Positions 61,280 through 64,000 of a DNA stretch of 64,000 nt are shown here, one piece after another. The notes beneath the pieces were generated by a model that worked only from the letters and a program-made list of their open reading frames with translations, did no database searches and was not told the DNA's origin. The DNA comes from Abditibacteriaceae bacterium (lineage in GTDB: Bacteria; Armatimonadota; Abditibacteriia; Abditibacteriales; Abditibacteriaceae). The stretch spans positions 2,272,001-2,336,000 of the forward strand of contig OZ255721.1 in NCBI GenBank assembly GCA_965277285.1, in the 5' to 3' direction. The translations under genes and the position numbers were made by a program. The number at the start of each line of letters is the position of its first letter. Position 1 is the first letter of the stretch.

Positions 61280-61415
61280 AATCTCTCAACGGTGTTTTCT
61301 ACTTTGCAAGCCGAGTCCAAGAAAGTTGGGTTTGAAGTGAGCAACTCCAACGTAAAACGCCGAACATCGTAGTTTTGATGTTCGGCGTTTCTGTATATCG
61401 AGTACTCGGAAACGT

Positions 61416-62582
61416 TCATTTCGTGGACGCGACTGTGGCGACGGGAGCGGAGGACGGAGTGCGCATGACTCCTTGAAACGTCGTCATTTGCGGGCGATCT
61501 TTCCAATTGTCGATGTTGTTGTCGTCGCCCGCGTGATCCGGCTCGATGTCGGAGCGTTCGTTGCCGCTGCCAGTTCCCCACCACGCGCCGCCCGCCCAAT
61601 AAGTGCAACCAATAATTACGTCGCTGTTGGTTTTAATTTCGAGCAGAAAACGCTTCAGTAATTCTTGCCATTGCGCGTCTGAACCTGTGCTGAACTCGCC
61701 GACGATGCCTTGTTTGTTGTTCCGTCGCAGCCACGCGATGTAATCTTGCAAGAACTTTTTGCCACGATCGTAATCGCCGCCGGTTTGTTTTTGGAAATCA
61801 TAACCGCCGTTTTGCGCGCTGTAAGTTCCGCTGTGGTCGGCATCGAAATACTGATGCGCCTGATAAATCAGGTTGCGACCTGGATCGATCAAGTCTTTCA
61901 AGTTGTCGCTGTTCTGCGTCCAATTGTCGGCGCCGCTCCATTGATATCCGCTGACGACAATTCGAGTACTCGAATCCACGCTGCGAATCTGATTGATGGC
62001 GTCCTGCGCTGTATTCTTCCAGATGTCTTTGCCTTCTTGCGATGAACCCAAGTCGTGTGGCTCATTCATCAGGTCATAACCCCATAGCGAACGGTAAGTT
62101 TTCAATTGCGGCGCCAGTTTTTTCCACAAATTGCCCAGAGCGCGTTTGTCCAGATCGCGCCCCAGCATTTTTTCGACGCCATTGTCCTTGTAACGACAAT
62201 AGTTGTGGCAATCGACAAGAACCTTTACATTATACTTTTGCGCGTTCGCCAGAAAGCTTTGCAGGCCGCTCAAGTAATCGGCGTCAATTGCACCAAACGG
62301 CGTGCGCTGCATTCGTTCCCACAGGAAAGGCACGCGAACTAAACGCAGATTTTTCTTCGCGTAATAAGCCAGTTCGAGTTCGTTCGGCCAGGTGTAATCT
62401 TTGTTGTTGAAGCCAGGAATCGCGCCGCCGAATTCCGCGCCCGCCAGATTGACGCCCCACATAAACGCCCGAGACTTTGCCGCTGATTTCGCCTGCAACT
62501 GCGTCGTCGGCAACATCACAAGACCCGCGAGAACGATGACGCAAGCGGCTTTCGTCCAGGTTTTCCTTGGTATCCGATTCAT
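61416..62582 (-). CDS. Secreted GH5 endoglucanase
   Basis: GVNLAGAEFG, VRVPFLWERMQ, DLMNEPH (acid/base), HQYFD and IVGEF (nucleophile). Confidence 0.92.
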   Translation of the reverse strand: MNRIPRKTWTKAACVIVLAGLVMLPTTQLQAKSAAKSRAFMWGVNLAGAEFGGAIPGFNNKDYTWPNELELAYYAKKNLRLVRVPFLWERMQRTPFGAIDADYLSGLQSFLANAQKYNVKVLVDCHNYCRYKDNGVEKMLGRDLDKRALGNLWKKLAPQLKTYRSLWGYDLMNEPHDLGSSQEGKDIWKNTAQDAINQIRSVDSSTRIVVSGYQWSGADNWTQNSDNLKDLIDPGRNLIYQAHQYFDADHSGTYSAQNGGYDFQKQTGGDYDRGKKFLQDYIAWLRRNNKQGIVGEFSTGSDAQWQELLKRFLLEIKTNSDVIIGCTYWAGGAWWGTGSGNERSDIEPDHAGDDNNIDNWKDRPQMTTFQGVMRTPSSAPVATVASTK

Positions 62583-62619
62583 ATCAAAAGTCTTTGCGAC
62601 AATCGAGTACTCGATTCGG

Positions 62620-63675
62620 TTACTCGCTCAACAAATAAGCGACGACCATTTGCGCGGTGGCGACAAGCGAATCTATGTGCGTGCGTTCGTAGCCGTGCGT
62701 CGCGTCGACTCCCGGGCCAATCAGTGAGCAACGCACATCGGCGCCCGCTTTCCACAAAGCGTCGCCGTCCGAACAGTAATAAGCGAAAACGTCGGTTTTC
62801 AGGTCGATGCCATGAGTTTGCGCCAAAGACTTCAACTTTCGGCGCATTTTAGCATCGTAAGGACCGTCGTCATCGCGGGCGCAGAGCGTGCAGGAAAACT
62901 CGTCGGAATGTTGCTCATCGCCCAGCGGCGCGATGTCGAGCGCCAAAACTTCGTGCAAATCTTCGGGGAAACCGCTGGCTCCGCCATGCCCGACTTCTTC
63001 GTAATTGGCGATCAGAAAAGTCGTGCGCTGAACTGGCATTTTGCCCGCGTCGTAAATCGCTTTGATGGCGGCAAACATGGCAGCCAGGCAGCCTTTATCG
63101 TCCAGGTGGCGCGAGCGAATAAATCCGTTGACGACTTCAACGCGCGGGTCGAAATAAATAAAATCGCCGACTTCGATGCCCAGCTTTTCAGTTTCGCTTC
63201 GAGTACTCGAACGGGCATCCAGGCGCACTTCGATGGTTTTGTCGTTGCGCGGCTTGGCGTTCGGGCCTTCGCCACTTTCGTAAAGATGATGCGACGCGTT
63301 CTCGATCATCACGCTGCCACGAAACTTTTCGCCGTTGGATGCGACAACTGTGACGGTTTCGTTTTCGACGCTTGTCCACGACCAGTTGCCCAGTTGCGCC
63401 ATTTGCAAACGTCCGTTCGGCTTGATGCGCTTGACCACAGCGCCCAAAGTGTCAATGTGCGCGGTCACTCCACGCGGCTGGTCGTTTTGCGTTCCGTCCC
63501 AAGTGGCGACCAAGGCGCCTTTGCGCGTGACGCGAACGTCCAGTCCATCGAAGCGACAAACGATGTCGCGGCACAATTCGATTCCGGCTTCAGTGTCACC
63601 AACGGGACTGGGCGTATTGAGTAAATGGACGAGCGTAGAAAGCAGATAGTCGCGGTCAATTGAGGGCAAAGTCAT
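62620..63675 (-). CDS. M42-family metallo-aminopeptidase
   Basis: TAHIDTLG, SRHLDDK, YEEVGHG and ATHGYERTH. Confidence 0.92.
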   Translation of the reverse strand: MTLPSIDRDYLLSTLVHLLNTPSPVGDTEAGIELCRDIVCRFDGLDVRVTRKGALVATWDGTQNDQPRGVTAHIDTLGAVVKRIKPNGRLQMAQLGNWSWTSVENETVTVVASNGEKFRGSVMIENASHHLYESGEGPNAKPRNDKTIEVRLDARSSTRSETEKLGIEVGDFIYFDPRVEVVNGFIRSRHLDDKGCLAAMFAAIKAIYDAGKMPVQRTTFLIANYEEVGHGGASGFPEDLHEVLALDIAPLGDEQHSDEFSCTLCARDDDGPYDAKMRRKLKSLAQTHGIDLKTDVFAYYCSDGDALWKAGADVRCSLIGPGVDATHGYERTHIDSLVATAQMVVAYLLSE

Positions 63676-63724
63676 GCGGCAAAAACTCCGGCAACGGGGA
63701 AATTGAGTACGCGAACCTAAACGT

Positions 63725-64000
63725 TTACAAGGCCGGTTCGGGTTCCATTTCGTGCGGCGGGCAAGAGCGTTTGAGAACCAGCGCGAAGACAAATGAAACC
63801 AGCATAATCAGGCTGCCCGCGAAATAAGGCATTCCCGCGCCGAAGACGGTGAACAAAGTGCCGCCGACGTTGGGGCCGAAAATGCGCCCCAGACTTCCCA
63901 CCGATTGAAAAACGCCGATCATTTCGCCGCGCTCGTTTTCCGGCGACAATTCCGAAACCAGAGCCGTCAAAACCGGCGTCGCAATCGAGTTGCCAAACGC
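63725..64000 (-). CDS. MFS transporter C-terminus (TetA/DHA1-like), truncated by the window edge
   Basis: ERGEMIGVFQSVGSLGRIFGPNVGG and terminal TM helices. Confidence 0.8.
   Translation of the reverse strand, partial: AFGNSIATPVLTALVSELSPENERGEMIGVFQSVGSLGRIFGPNVGGTLFTVFGAGMPYFAGSLIMLVSFVFALVLKRSCPPHEMEPEPAL

Larger units (their letters stand above)
21..63210. repeat. Dispersed highly iterated palindrome TCGAGTACTCGA (42 perfect copies counted)
   Basis: Perfect 12-mer starts at 21, 912, 3096, 5464, 6156, 6679, 8252, 8838, 9716, 10668, 12002, 13044, 14387, 16789, 18438, 25660, 26496, 26991, 29459, 34080, 35646, 39643, 41098, 41330, 42277, 42568, 44269, 46187, 47816, 49461, 51206, 51548, 52347, 52729, 54715, 55855, 56798, 58800, 60743, 61962, 62603, 63199. 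Confidence 0.98.

Noticed and set aside
21..63210. TCGAGTACTCGA as a cloning-linker or assembly artefact
   Set aside because: Copies lie in frame within intact genes in all three phases, have natural one-mismatch variants, and occupy homologous positions in paralogues. A read-level check is still advisable.

Overview
GC-rich bacterial chromosomal window. The DUF1559/H-X9-DG prepilin-type paralogues and the gene content suggest an Abditibacteriota/Armatimonadota-like organism (inference). In order: 3' half of an RND efflux pump; two tandem DUF1559 genes; a COG4705/PepSY/two-component locus; an ~11 kb glycosyltransferase cluster carrying RiPP-type parts; a c-di-GMP/two-component block with a disrupted multi-PAS kinase; a LacI-DUF1559-glycosidase unit; usp; xfp-aldolase-ackA; tRNA-Leu(CAA); alpha-2-macroglobulin; several CAZymes; trhO; three SGNH hydrolases (one broken); an ABC exporter; melA-like GH4; GH5; M42 peptidase; an MFS 3' end. 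Two signals stand out. (1) The 12-bp palindrome TCGAGTACTCGA (usually W-TCGAGTACTCGA-W) occurs 42 times perfectly by manual count, with about 12 one-mismatch copies. It appears in all three codon phases of intact genes, between genes, and at the axis of long terminator-like hairpins, like a HIP1- or uptake-sequence-type genome signal. (2) A candidate RRE-dependent glyco/phospho-RiPP locus: a stand-alone PqqD/RRE, a 64-aa YxxPxL peptide, a GT2-RRE fusion, an HPr-kinase-like enzyme and a nucleotidyltransferase, with no lasso cyclase or leader peptidase in the window. All counts and coordinates were obtained by eye.
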